Shown: one piece after another, positions 40,414 to 51,900 of the stretch | Layout: the number at the start of each line of letters is the position of its first letter | Numbering within the stretch: position 1 is the stretch's first letter | Assembly: GCF_001194135.2 (NCBI RefSeq) | Contig: NC_068995.1 | Coordinates: 2,887,297-2,951,296, forward strand | Direction: 5' to 3' | Source: Octopus bimaculoides | Taxonomy: Eukaryota | DNA length: 64,000 nt | Program-made: the position numbers and the translations under genes | Notes under the pieces: model-generated | What the model saw: the letters and a program-made list of their open reading frames with translations, nothing else | Databases searched by the model: none | What the model was told of the DNA's origin: nothing

Positions 40414-41056
40414 NNNNNNNNNNNNNNNNNNNNNNNNNNNNNNNNNNNNNNNNNNNNNNNNNNNNNNNNNNNNNNNNNNNNNNNNNNNNNNNNNNNNNNN
40501 NNNNNNNNNNNNNNNNNNNNNNNNNNNNNNNNNNNNNNNNNNNNNNNNNNNNNNNNNNNNNNNNNNNNNNNNNNNNNNNNNNNNNNNNNNNNNNNNNNNN
40601 NNNNNNNNNNNNNNNNNNNNNNNNNNNNNNNNNNNNNNNNNNNNNNNNNNNNNNNNNNNNNNNNNNNNNNNNNNNNNNNNNNNNNNNNNNNNNNNNNNNN
40701 NNNNNNNNNNNNNNNNNNNNNNNNNNNNNNNNNNNNNNNNNNNNNNNNNNNNNNNNNNNNNNNNNNNNNNNNNNNNNNNNNNNNNNNNNNNNNNNNNNNN
40801 NNNNNNNNNNNNNNNNNNNNNNNNNNNNNNNNNNNNNNNNNNNNNNNNNNNNNNNNNNNNNNNNNNNNNNNNNNNNNNNNNNNNNNNNNNNNNNNNNNNN
40901 NNNNNNNNNNNNNNNNNNNNNNNNNNNNNNNNNNNNNNNNNNNNNNNNNNNNNNNNNNNNNNNNNNNNNNNNNNNNNNNNNNNNNNNNNNNNNNNNNNNN
41001 NNNNNNNNNNNNNNNNNNNNNNNNNNNNNNNNNNNNNNNNNNNNNNNNNNNNNNNN
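40414..41056. other. Assembly gap (other gaps: 14291-14416, 30632-30776, 32751-32760)
   Basis: Runs of N. Confidence 1.
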
Positions 41057-41124
41057 CCCCCCCCCCCAAGTTACGAGAAAGTAAACAAACATACGTGCGC
41101 GCACATAGACGCACACACGTAGTA

Positions 41125-41275
41125 AATACAACGGGCTTCTTTCAGTTTCCGTCTACCAAATGTACTCACAAGGCTTTGGTCGGTTCGTGGCTATAGTAGA
41201 AGACACGAGCCCAAGATGCCACGCAGTGGGACTAAACGTGGAACCATGTGGTTGGGAAGCAAACTTCTTTCCACA
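41125..41275 (-). mobile_element. tRNA-derived SINE family B (representative copy). Similar copies: about 20537-20625+, 20690-20835-, 22430-22520-, 42433-42590-, 62756-62870-
   Basis: Head GGCTGTGTGGTAAGAAGTTTGCTTCCCAACCACATGGTT..GGTTCAGTCCCACTG with pol III A/B-box-like motifs; no cloverleaf or CCA. Confidence 0.8.
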
Positions 41276-42249
41276 CTTCTTACTATAGCAGACCAGAGCC
41301 TTGGCGCGCGTGAATTGTTTTTTGTTATCTTTATTCCAACAATGGAGTTATGTATTTTTCTTAGAAACCAAATCCTTCCTCGGAGGAACAATTTAAATAA
41401 TCTAAAACAGAAGGGAACAGGCAAATGCAATACTTTATTTCAGGGTTATCTCCCCTGCTCCACTTTATCAGAATTAATCACAACACTAACGATTTTTTTC
41501 TCCTCATTACAAATGTAATTTTTTAAATGAATATATTAACGATTCTTGGCTCACTACATTATCTATGTTAACACCCACTTTACTGTTTGTTTTTCATACA
41601 AAAGGGAGACCCTGAGTACTTCTCCCCCTCTTCCCTTTCTCTCTCTTTCAGCCTTATTCGTTGTTTATAAAGAAAAGAATAGTCTTACCATGTCTAGAAA
41701 TTGCGTGTTACAGCAATATAGTGGTGGTGGTGGTGGTGGTGGTGGGGTACACACCACACTGCTGTGAATACAGAAGTGGTTGCTGTGTGTGTGTGTGTGT
41801 TTACTGGTTCTACCTAGACTCTCTAGTGTGAGTATCTAAGATCCACCCTCCCTCCAACATATACTCTAATACTCTGCATGACTCAACATGACCAGCTGAC
41901 AATAGGTGAAACCTAAGATCTTGATGTGATGTCCTACTTACCACACACAGTGTGTGTATGAGAGAGAGATAGAGGGACTGTATACATCTTTACTCTAAGC
42001 ATGTGTATCGTATAACTTTTGAAGAAAGAAAACACTGTGTGTGTGTATCTGTGCACCCCCCCCCCACCACACACACATAAGCACAAGCAGACACACAAAC
42101 ACACATATCATATATCTTTGGTAGATCTTAACAGACAGTTCATCACTAGTTTTCCAGATGCTGTATTCCAATAATAATATCACCCGATATATTTATTTAT
42201 CAATAAATATCATTATAGATATTATTTTAATATATATTGATAAAATAAG

Positions 42250-42408
42250 GTAGCGAGCTGGCAGAAACGTTAGCAGGCCGGGTGAAATGCTTAGCGGTAT
42301 GCCATCTGTCTTTGCCTTCTGAGTTCAAATTCTGCCGAGGTTGACTTTTCCTTTCATCCTTTCTGGGTTGATAAATTAAGTACCAGTTGCGTACTGGGTC
42401 GATCTAAT
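42250..42408 (+). mobile_element. SINE family A (representative copy). Similar copies: about 3240-3460+, 17590-17755-, 21860-22068+, 27345-27530-, 36140-36370-, 43245-43410-, 49640-49850+, 52250-52430+, 52450-52660+, 60330-60460-
   Basis: Recurrent GAGCTGGCAGAA..TTAGC...GTTCTGAGTTCAAATT..GCCGAGGTCGACTTT..GGTCGATAAA.TAAGTACCAG consensus. Confidence 0.85.
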
Positions 42409-45400
42409 TTGTTACCCACAAACACACATATACACAGCAAGCTTCTTTCAGTTTCTGTCTACCAGATCCACTCACAAGGCTTTGGTCAGCCCTGGGGCTG
42501 TAGTAGAAGTCATTTGCCCAAGGTGCTGTGCAGTGGGACTGAACCCAAGACCACATGTTTGGGAAGCAAGCTTCTTCACCACACAGCAATACCTGTGCCT
42601 GAACTAACTGATCAACTGCATGAGAGATGACTGTGTCCAACTTTGCAGAATGGTAGTTCAAATATGCCAGTGGCGTATTTGGAAAACAAGCCATTTACTG
42701 TGTTTTGTCATGGAGAAAATTTCTCGCTGCTTAGCGCTTCCACCCCACAATATTAGGTTCTGTTACAAGGGCCTGGACGTCCACAGTCTTTATGCTCCCC
42801 AAACGACGGAACTTCTATTGGTTGCTCGACATGCTAGAAATAACAGCCACTACTCCCTCATCATGCCCCGTCATCTTAAAAATATAATGTAGTCCTAGAT
42901 ACACTACGCCTGCCAGAAAGAAAATGAAAAGGAAAAAGCGAGAGAGTCGTGACTAGAACGCCTTTGGTCATTGATCTGTTCGATCAGAACTGACCAGGAG
43001 CCAAACGGCAGCATGGCCCTCGTTTTGGCTTCAGTAGTCTCATTGTGTTGGTCATTTCGTTGGAGAAAACGGGAGAAAAGATAACGTTCTTGACCGTCTG
43101 CGCGGCTGTCCCCGCCATTCCTGGTGTGAACCTAAAGCTTTTCATGACTTATCTCAGAGATTCCTTTAGGAAAGGCACCAACACCTATAACTCCTACTAA
43201 AAACATCGCCTTAGAAGATGACAGTAATAATAATCCTTTCTACTGTAGGCACAAGGCCTGAAATTTTAAGGGCGAGGGGCTAGTCGATTATATCGATCCT
43301 AGTACTTAACTGGTACCTGTTTTATCGACCGTGAAAGAATAAAAGGCAAAGTCGACCTCAGTGGAGATTGAACTCAGAATGTAAAGCATTTCGCCCAGCG
43401 TGTTAACGATTCCACCAGATCGCCGCCTTAGAAGATGACATCAATTATGATCACAGCAGTAATATGTAAATGAAAGTCTAACCTCTGTTCCGAGTTCAAA
43501 TCCTGCTGAAGTCGACTCTTATCCTTCCGGGACAGGTGGTGGTTTAGCAGAAACATTGTTTCGACTCCTTGCGTTCTGAGTTCAAATCCCACCCTCATAC
43601 TATTTGGGTGGTCACCTTAACCTGTTACCTCGTTTAATAGCAGAGCCTACTTTTCATACCAAGCATTCGAGTCAGGCTTCGGCGTTTAACCCTTTCACTG
43701 CACAATTAAATTTCTTGGTCCTTCCCGTTATGGTGTTATCTACCCCCAAAATAGAATTGCTGGGTACAGTTTTCATATCCTTCGCTTTAAGTATTTGATT
43801 CGTGCTCTGTAAAGAAATATTTAATGAAATATGTGGAAAAAGAAAAAAAAGAAAATTTAAAAAATTGTCTTTAGTAAAAATGAGGATTTCTCTGCTCCTT
43901 GCAGCATAAGGAAAGGAGCTTTTAGAAAGCTTTTGGGTTAAAACCGTTTTCCGCATTTACCGGTAATAACATTTTGAGCGGAATATTTCTGCTTTCCACA
44001 TTCAAAGGGTTAAAGATACTTTCTTCCTATTTTGCTACCAGTTTCAGAGACCCTGTAAAATGTCAACGGCAACTTGCCTTTTCCTCTTGACTAAAAGATG
44101 AAAAAACAAACAAACAAAACCCCCAATGGTTCACAGAATTTAATTTTGTCCCTGTCCGTCTCGAGTTAAAATCCTGGCCGTCGATAACCCCTTCTTTTCT
44201 CGGTGTCCGGGTGAGTTGATGAAACCGACTATACGCCGCCTCTCATCATATTCTCGGTTCTGTACCAGTGGGAGAAACCAATGTATTGACTGGTACCAGA
44301 ATATGAAATGGATAAAGTTGCCAGGGAGTCAAACCAGCGACACAGTTTCGAACTCCGACTGGAATAGTTTCTCTTCAGTTAGTCCCTTACTTAACTCGTT
44401 GGAAGAGCCATGAACATCACAACACCCTCTTTATCATTTCGTATAGTAGTAACACAACATTGGTTTCTTTTTTTTTTTCTTTCTATTCTTTGTTTGTTTG
44501 ATGAATTGAATTCGGTCTTGCCAGGATTCGAACTCGAATCTGGGAGAGACTAAGTTATTGTAATGAGTTTTAGTCCAACGCTCTGATGTCACAACTGCCT
44601 CAGCTTGCTTCTATTTATATTAGAAATTGTTAGCATTATTTGATTGTTTTATTAACACCGCCTCCATCCACCACCACCACCGTCATTATTATCATTACCA
44701 TCCCCACCACCGTCACAACCATCATCAACACCACCATTGTTGTTATTATTATTATTATTACTACCACTGTTAGTATTTTTATTACCACCACCACAACCAC
44801 CGCCATCATCACCATCATCATCATCACCATTAACAAGTCGACAGTCTATAACAACAAATATGGCAGCTGGTATTGAAGGTTTTGTTGTTCTGTTTTGCTT
44901 TGTGTGTGTTTTTCTTTTATTTTCCTTCATCTGAAAGGAATTCTGATGCTATCATATTTGACTAATATAGTCAGTCTGGTAACATTGTTATTTTGCTAAC
45001 AATGTGAGGTTTTTCGCCTTGATTTTGTTGTTGCTGTTGTTAACAACACCACCGCCACCACCACCGTAACTACTACTATTACCACCACCACGTAGTAATA
45101 GTAGTTGTGGTGGTAGTAGTAATAGTGGCAGAGCATTGTAACTTTTAATTGTTCTCTAACAAAGCACTTGGTATTCCCCCTCCTCTCCGTGAAACTGCAC
45201 CCAAATGTTATGGTGTATATATATATTATATAATATATTGTATAATATAATATATGTATTATGTATCTCTCAGTTAAATATATCTCTGGGTAGCACGCAA
45301 TATGTGTATGAATCCAGTTGTTGGTTTTTCTTCCTCCCCCCCCCCCCCAAGTTCAATTTAAATGTTGTTTCGATGTTAGAGTTGGAAGAAATAAAAAGTC

Positions 45401-45984
45401 AGGAATGAGTAGGGGGGAAGGGTGAGGTGGAAAAGCTTTTGGTTTAGTAGAAAGAATAAGAATAATAAAAGAGAGAGGGCGAAGCAATAAAGCTAGAAAG
45501 AGTTGTGTGTGAAGTAGGTTTGCTGTTGGTAGTTAGGCAGCTGCTGTCTGCTTGCTTGTTCTACTTTCCTCTCGAAACCAACCTACCACCATCAGCAGCC
45601 TGCTGTTTGTTGTTGTTTACAGTTAAACTGCTTGTCGATATAACAACCCTGTTGTTAGGCTTACTCAGAGAGGGGCGGCAGTCAGTTGTTGGTGGCTAGC
45701 TACACTCAGTACACATCGATTTACTGCAGTCTGACCTAAATCGACCATCACACAGAACGGTAAACAACGCACCACAAGCTCGAGAACATTCGCTGAACGC
45801 AGTTTAATACACATGTACTCAAGTTGTGATTTGGTTAGAATATCTCAGCGCCCAGCTTTTCTTCTACTGCTCATATAAAACCAAGTGATATTGTGTCTAA
45901 TGTCTCATGTCTGCTGTTATTTGAACAGTTTTTCTGATAGTCGTGGTTTAGCAGTTTTTTTTTTCACTTCTCTCCTCTGCACAG

Positions 45985-46051
45985 ACTCGTGTAACAATTT
46001 TCATTTGATATATTAAAACCAGTCGAAAGTTTTTGATGTCGAATCTCTCAG
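45985..46051 (+). other. Candidate non-coding 5'UTR exon upstream of Y2
   Basis: Strong acceptor tttttcacttctctcctctgcacag| and donor CAG|GTAAAT; 67 nt. Confidence 0.45.
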
Positions 46052-46195
46052 GTAAATTTTACTTCACAACTTGACACAACAAGCTAAGTTTATTACTGTA
46101 TTAATCGGATTAAACAATTTTTTCTGGTTGGCAACGTGGCTGACGCACAACTGGAAAGAAGCTTTGTATAGAGAGTCTGTGTTGTGACATCCAAA

Positions 46196-47362
46196 ATGGC
46201 CGACCCTCCGTTCGTTGGAGACCTCAACACATCTGCTGTAGACGGTGGTTTGTACCTCACAACAGCGTTGAACAACGAAGAATTTGAAGGTTTATTAACG
46301 AAAGACTCCAAGTCCAGTCAACAGGCTGAGAAATACGCGGTGTTGAAATTCCGTCACTATCTGACCAAGCGAGGTGAACCATTGTCTTTGGAAAATTTGT
46401 CCTACCATGTGACCAGTGGTGACATGCCTGCCAAGGAGCGACTTCTTACCTACCTGACCACCTTCTTTAACGATCTCAGACGGACTGACGGCAGTAAATA
46501 TAAATTCAATGCCCTTAGAAGTATTCGTTACGCCTTAAATCGCTTTACTTTGAAGTTTGGAGTTGATTTTCTCAACGATGCTTATTTGAAAAAACCATTA
46601 AATGATGCATGGGTGGCGTTAGGCGAATGCCTGAAGCTGGAAGGGAAAGCTGATGTCCAGCATCACGATATTTTATCGTTGGAAGAAGTTAAGAAAGCAT
46701 ATGCCTGGTGTAATCAAAATCTTTCTGATCCTGATCGACTCCAAAAGAGAGTTTTTATGGATATTTACCTCTACTTTGGACGTCAGTGCCGACAGAATTT
46801 ACCACACCTGACCAAAGATAATTTCGGCATGGACGTCGATGCTAACAACCAGCGTTATGTTTACTTTATCGATAAAGCCGGCGACACAACCCGTAAAAGT
46901 AACACCCAGCTAGTGATGAAAGAACGTGTAGGATTTGTTAATTGTCCCGTAAAGATGTTCCTAAAATATGTTTCCAAATTAGACCCACATTATCCGCGAT
47001 TCTTCTGTCATCAAAAGCTAAATGTTGACCCGCCCTATCACACAGTTTGGTATACAAAACAGCCGATGGGTGAGAAGAGAATGGCCGAGTTTATGAAATC
47101 CATTTCGAACGACGCCGGTTTGTCTAAAGTTTACACAAACCATTGTTTGCGTTCCACACTGCTGTATCTAATGGAAGAAGGTGGGTTGGATGCTAAGGAT
47201 GTCAGTCGAATAACCTGTAGTCAAGCACCTCACGAAGGATCCATACCCGAGGTCCCTTCACCAGCACAACGTCCCTTACAAACACCACATGTCGCCACTA
47301 CAAACACGTGGTCCTCACATTCTGGCACTTCACTTCACTCTCGGAATAAAAAATCATCTCAG
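46196..47362 (+). CDS. Variable exon Y2: Crypton-type tyrosine recombinase / DUF3504-like domain, 389 codons, ends in a phase-0 donor
   Basis: Motifs RRTDGSKYKFNALRSIRYALNR, YFGRQCRQNL, CPVKMFLKYVSKL, WYTKQPMGEKRMAEFMKSIS and YTNHCLRST. Start context CCAAAATGGCCG; donor CAG|GTAAGT at 47362/47363; 1167 nt. Confidence 0.88.
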
Positions 47363-47749
47363 GTAAGTTATATACTACTCACATTCACCTTCGTCCTCGT
47401 TAAACCACCCACCACGAACTTCTCTCTCTCTCTCTCTCTGTACCCAGCAGCCTCAATAACAGTATATATCCACCCCTATTTATATCCTCATTTTGTAAAT
47501 AAAGGAAGGTAACTCTAACATTAATCTGAGAAGTTGAACAAATTCTGGTAAATTCTTTCCACCCTTTCGAAGTCCTTGAGGTACCCTGATGTGTCTATTA
47601 TAGTTGTTGCTTGGTTCCAGGTTAGCTTTATTCCTAAAGGGATTCCAACCATAACCATCTCGTCTTTTTTTGTGTGACGGTAAATGTGATCTGAAGGAAA
47701 TTTGGCTGCTATTTCTAGCAGGTCGTGCGACTCCGTCGATTTGTCTATT

Positions 47750-48030
47750 GTGGCTATCTTGGTCTAGCTGCTATGGTACCCTGACGTATCTGATACTACC
47801 CTAATGCGTTATTCTGTGATAACCTAATGTATCTATGGAACCATAATACCTGTCTTACCCTGATGCATCTGCTCTGGTACCCTAAAATTTCTTGGGATAC
47901 CATCACTGTGACATCTCGATGCACTTGCTGTGGTACTCCGCTTGTATATACCATGATACCCAAATGTGTCTGATGGTACTCGGATGTACTAACTATGGTA
48001 CCCCGATCTATTTACTATAATACTCTGATG
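47750..48030. repeat. Degenerate tandem repeat with a TGGTACCC(T)GATG-like core
   Basis: Repeated tggtacc/atacc...gatg motifs. Confidence 0.6.
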
Positions 48031-48879
48031 TTTTTAAATATTCTATTTTCTGTTATAGTTTTTCTCTTACATATCTGTTTACTCAAGTTCTACGATGGTT
48101 TCTGTGCTACAATTAATTTGTAGTCCTAACTGTCATACCCTTATATGCTATAGGGGTACCTGGCTAATTGTAACGTATTTTCACAGGTCCAGTTATACCC
48201 TTACGTGCCTGTGACATTCCTAGATTGTTGTAATACTTCTGTATTCCGGTGGTGCTCATTGTCTATAGTGTGATAGCTATACATACCCCATAATAATACC
48301 CGTATACTATAGCTGTCTTCAACTATACATACGAGATGCAGCGCTATACTATCAGGGAAGCTGTGCTGTTGTCAGTTGATCACACACACGCACACACTGT
48401 GCTACAATCGATCCATTTTACTTCTTCACAGTTGAGAGGAACCAGCTGGGTTTTTAGTTCCTCTTCACAACCACCCAACCGATATACCCCTTCCTTAGTG
48501 ACTCCTGTAGTAGTACTCATACTTTATTTTCCTGTACTTATAAAGGCTTTACACACACACACACTCTACGTTTACTAATTTCTTCTTAAGCTGTTTGAAA
48601 TTGAAAGAAGTAAAATGATCAAAGTTTGGAGGCAGAAAGCAAGTTCTTGAAGGTTTTTGTGGATTACGATAAAAGCAGAGTTTCTTGTCAGTTTTTGAAA
48701 ACAAACTGTTATTATTATTATTATTTTGGTTTGACTCAGATTCGGTCTTATTTCTGGTAGAACTTGTGTGGGTAGCTGCTTAATACATATAACCTTAAAT
48801 ATCCACAAGTTTTCAGCAGTCTTTTGGGTGCTTCCCCTCATTTCAGCCCGTGCCTATAGCAGGTCCCCAAACTGTTTAG

Positions 48880-48933
48880 ACCATCGACTCCTTCATGGAA
48901 TTCTTTGATTCCTCATCGACCCCCACCCCTCAG
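48880..48933 (+). CDS. Candidate symmetric micro-exon m3 (TIDSFMEFFDSSSTPTPQ)
   Basis: Strong donor CAG|GTATGT at 48933/48934. The acceptor is ambiguous (48846, 48862 or 48879). Confidence 0.35.
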
Positions 48934-51900
48934 GTATGTACAAGAAAATAAATAAATAATAATAATAATAATTAAGTAGATGTGCAGTTTCTGGCATTTA
49001 TCAACCCCCAGGGGTCGATATTGACCACCATAGAGACCCCTGGCCTATAGTAAAAAGTAATTTTTGTTTTCTTTTTGAAAAGGCGATGATCTGGCGGTTA
49101 CCATGCCAAACAATATGCTTAACAGCATTTCTTCCAGCTTTTACTTTCTGAATTCAAATTGCTGCCGAGGTTGACTTATGATAAAATAAGTACCAGTTGA
49201 ACACTTAGGGGGTCAGTGTAATTGAATTAGCTCCCTCCCCTAAGATTTCAGGCTATGTGCTTATAATAGGAAGGATTATTATTTTCGTTGTTTGGGCAAA
49301 ACGTTAGAATGTCTGACAAAATGCCTTGCAATGTTTGTTCTGGTTTAGTACATTGTGAGTTCAAATGCCACTGAGGTCAACTTTGTTTTTTATCTTTTCG
49401 GGGTCAAAAAATATACACCCCAGTCAAATACTGGGATTGCTATGGTTGACTGTCTCCCATCACCATCAATTTCTGACTTTGTGCCCATGTAATTTTTATT
49501 GTTACTTATTTTTACATCTTCATATATTTTTTAAAACACACACACACACACACTTTGATCGAAAGCCTTGTCTGTCCTTGCAACCCGTCTCAGTAATGTC
49601 CCTCATTAGTTACCCTTGTGGCAAATAAAGAATCTTATTATTGGTGAGCTGGCAGAATCATTAGCACGTTAGGCAAAATGCTTAGTGGCATTTCATTCAT
49701 CCTTATGTTCCGAGTTCAAATTCTGCCGAGGTCGACATTGCTTTTCATCCTTTTGAGGTCGATAAAATATGTACCAGTTGAAAACTAGGGGTTGATGCAA
49801 TCCATTTACCCGCTCCACCGAAATTGCTGGCCTTGTGCCAGAATTTGAGGCCATTATTGTTATTGTTGTCGACTTTGTCCTTTCAGAGTTGATAAATTGA
49901 GTACCAGGTAATTGACTATCCCCCCTCCCCCAAATTTCAGGTCTTGTGCCTATAGTAGAAAGTCTTATTATTATTATTATTGGTTTTTCATTCTCTTGGG
50001 GTTGCTGAAGTAAGTACCAGTTAAATACTGGGGCTGGTGTAATTGACTAGCCATCTGCTTTCAAAATTTCAAGCCTTGTGTCAGTAGAAAAGGATTATTA
50101 TTGTTATTGGCAGAGAGTTATTAGAACGTTGGAAAAAAAAAAGCTTTGATGCGATTAGATTTTTGTGAGTTCAAATTCCTCAGGGTTCTATAAAATAAAG
50201 TATCAATCAAGCACTGGAGCCAATGGTATTGATTAACCCTTCTCTCTTCAGAAGTACTGGCCTTCTGTTTCTGCTCAGATCAAAACCATTTTTTTTTTTC
50301 TGCAATAGTTTTATCGCAGATCCAATAACACCACCAGTTACTTCATCTCCATGTACCTGGGGTATGACAAAACATATTATCTTTTGGGAGGGAAGCGAAC
50401 CCATGTTTGTGTCTTAAGTCAATTTTATTTTGTTGTCTCTGGTGTTATTTTAAGATTTCGTGTTTTACTTGTGCAGGTGTGTGTTGTGAGATGTTTTATG
50501 CCAAAAAAGCCCCTTTGAATTCAATTTTACTCTGCTGGGCCTCCATAGCAGTTCAATGTATATATCATCATCATCATCATCAAACGTCTGTTTTCCCTGC
50601 TGGCATGGGTTGAAATGTTTTATGTATTGTAGAAATATAAGCAATTTATTGGAGATACATTTTAACAAAATCTTATATGGACCCCGATTGAGAAGCACTG
50701 GGTTTGAATATGTGTTTGTGTTGGAATGTTCTGTGGTGTTTCTGTTGCCTTTTGAGTTGTGTTCTAATGTTGTTGTCTGTGTGTTGTGTTATATAATGAG
50801 TGTAGATTATGTACAATGTCAGTTGTGCTATTTGGTTTCATGTTGATTGGGTAGAGCAGCGGGGGTCAGCAAAATGATCAATATTGTCCCCTGGGGAGGT
50901 CTCTGTGGCTATCCAAAGGCTCAATAAACACTGGAAACAACTTTTAGCATTAAGGGCACTGACTCATTTAGTAAACAAAATCTGCAAGAATGCAGTAATT
51001 TGTGTCTAAAACTTAGTCATTTCCAATCAAATATCAACATAATTACTAATATTTGCCAAACATAGTTTTACATTAAATATTCTGATCACATCAATATAAA
51101 ATCACGGAATTTTCATTGTTCTTTATCAATTTTGTGCAATATTTTCATTAAATTTCTTTTGGATGTACCTTATTAAAAAGTGGTAATGATTCTAAAGTAT
51201 GAAAAATTATTGTTTTGTTTTTTGTTTTTTTAAAATCAAGATGTGTTTTTATCATCTTGTGCTTATTTCAGTCATTAGACTGTGGCCATGCTGGAGTACC
51301 GCCTTGAAAAGCTTTTAGTCGTATGAATTAACCCCAGCACTTATTTTTTAAAGTCTGGTACTTGTTTAATCGTTTGCCAGAAATTTACTTGTTGAAGGTT
51401 GATAAATTAGCAACAATTCCATCAACGGAGTTGATGCTGTATGAAAATTGTTGAGCCATGGCATTGAGTGTTATGTTATGGAATTTGCTGTAATTCCACC
51501 CACTTCTTGGAAGTTTTATGGAAATATCATTGCAGCCTCCTTAGTTAATTGGTACTTTTTATGTAATCAACTCTGAAACCCAGAAAGAACGAAAGATTCA
51601 AGTTGATATCAGTAGGATTTGAACTCTAAACATTAAAGGCTGTAACTAAATAATGTTTCCAATTTAGGTGCAAAGCCAGTAATTTTTGAGGGGAGGGGTA
51701 AGTCAACGTCATCTGACTGGTACTTGGTACTTTATTTTAGTGACTTCCCCATCCATCCCAAAGCCGGAAGGGTGACAAAAAAAACGTCAAAGTCAACCTG
51801 AACGGTATTTGAACTCAGAACGTAAAGAGCTGTAACTAAATAGCACAAAGCATTTCATCTGATGCTTTACTGATTCTACTACTCCACCGTTGCCTGGTGT

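Noticed and set aside
40335-41196. Long ORFs spanning N-gaps (also 30531-30986)
   Set aside because: Artefacts of undetermined bases.
43000-43200. GC-richer unique-looking segment with a nearly open minus-strand frame
   Set aside because: Contains a stop, merges into a common repeat, and no homology recognised.
50207-50404. Minus-strand segment VHGDEVTGGVIGSAIKLL with an acceptor-like site
   Set aside because: Isolated, weak donor, no partner exons identified.
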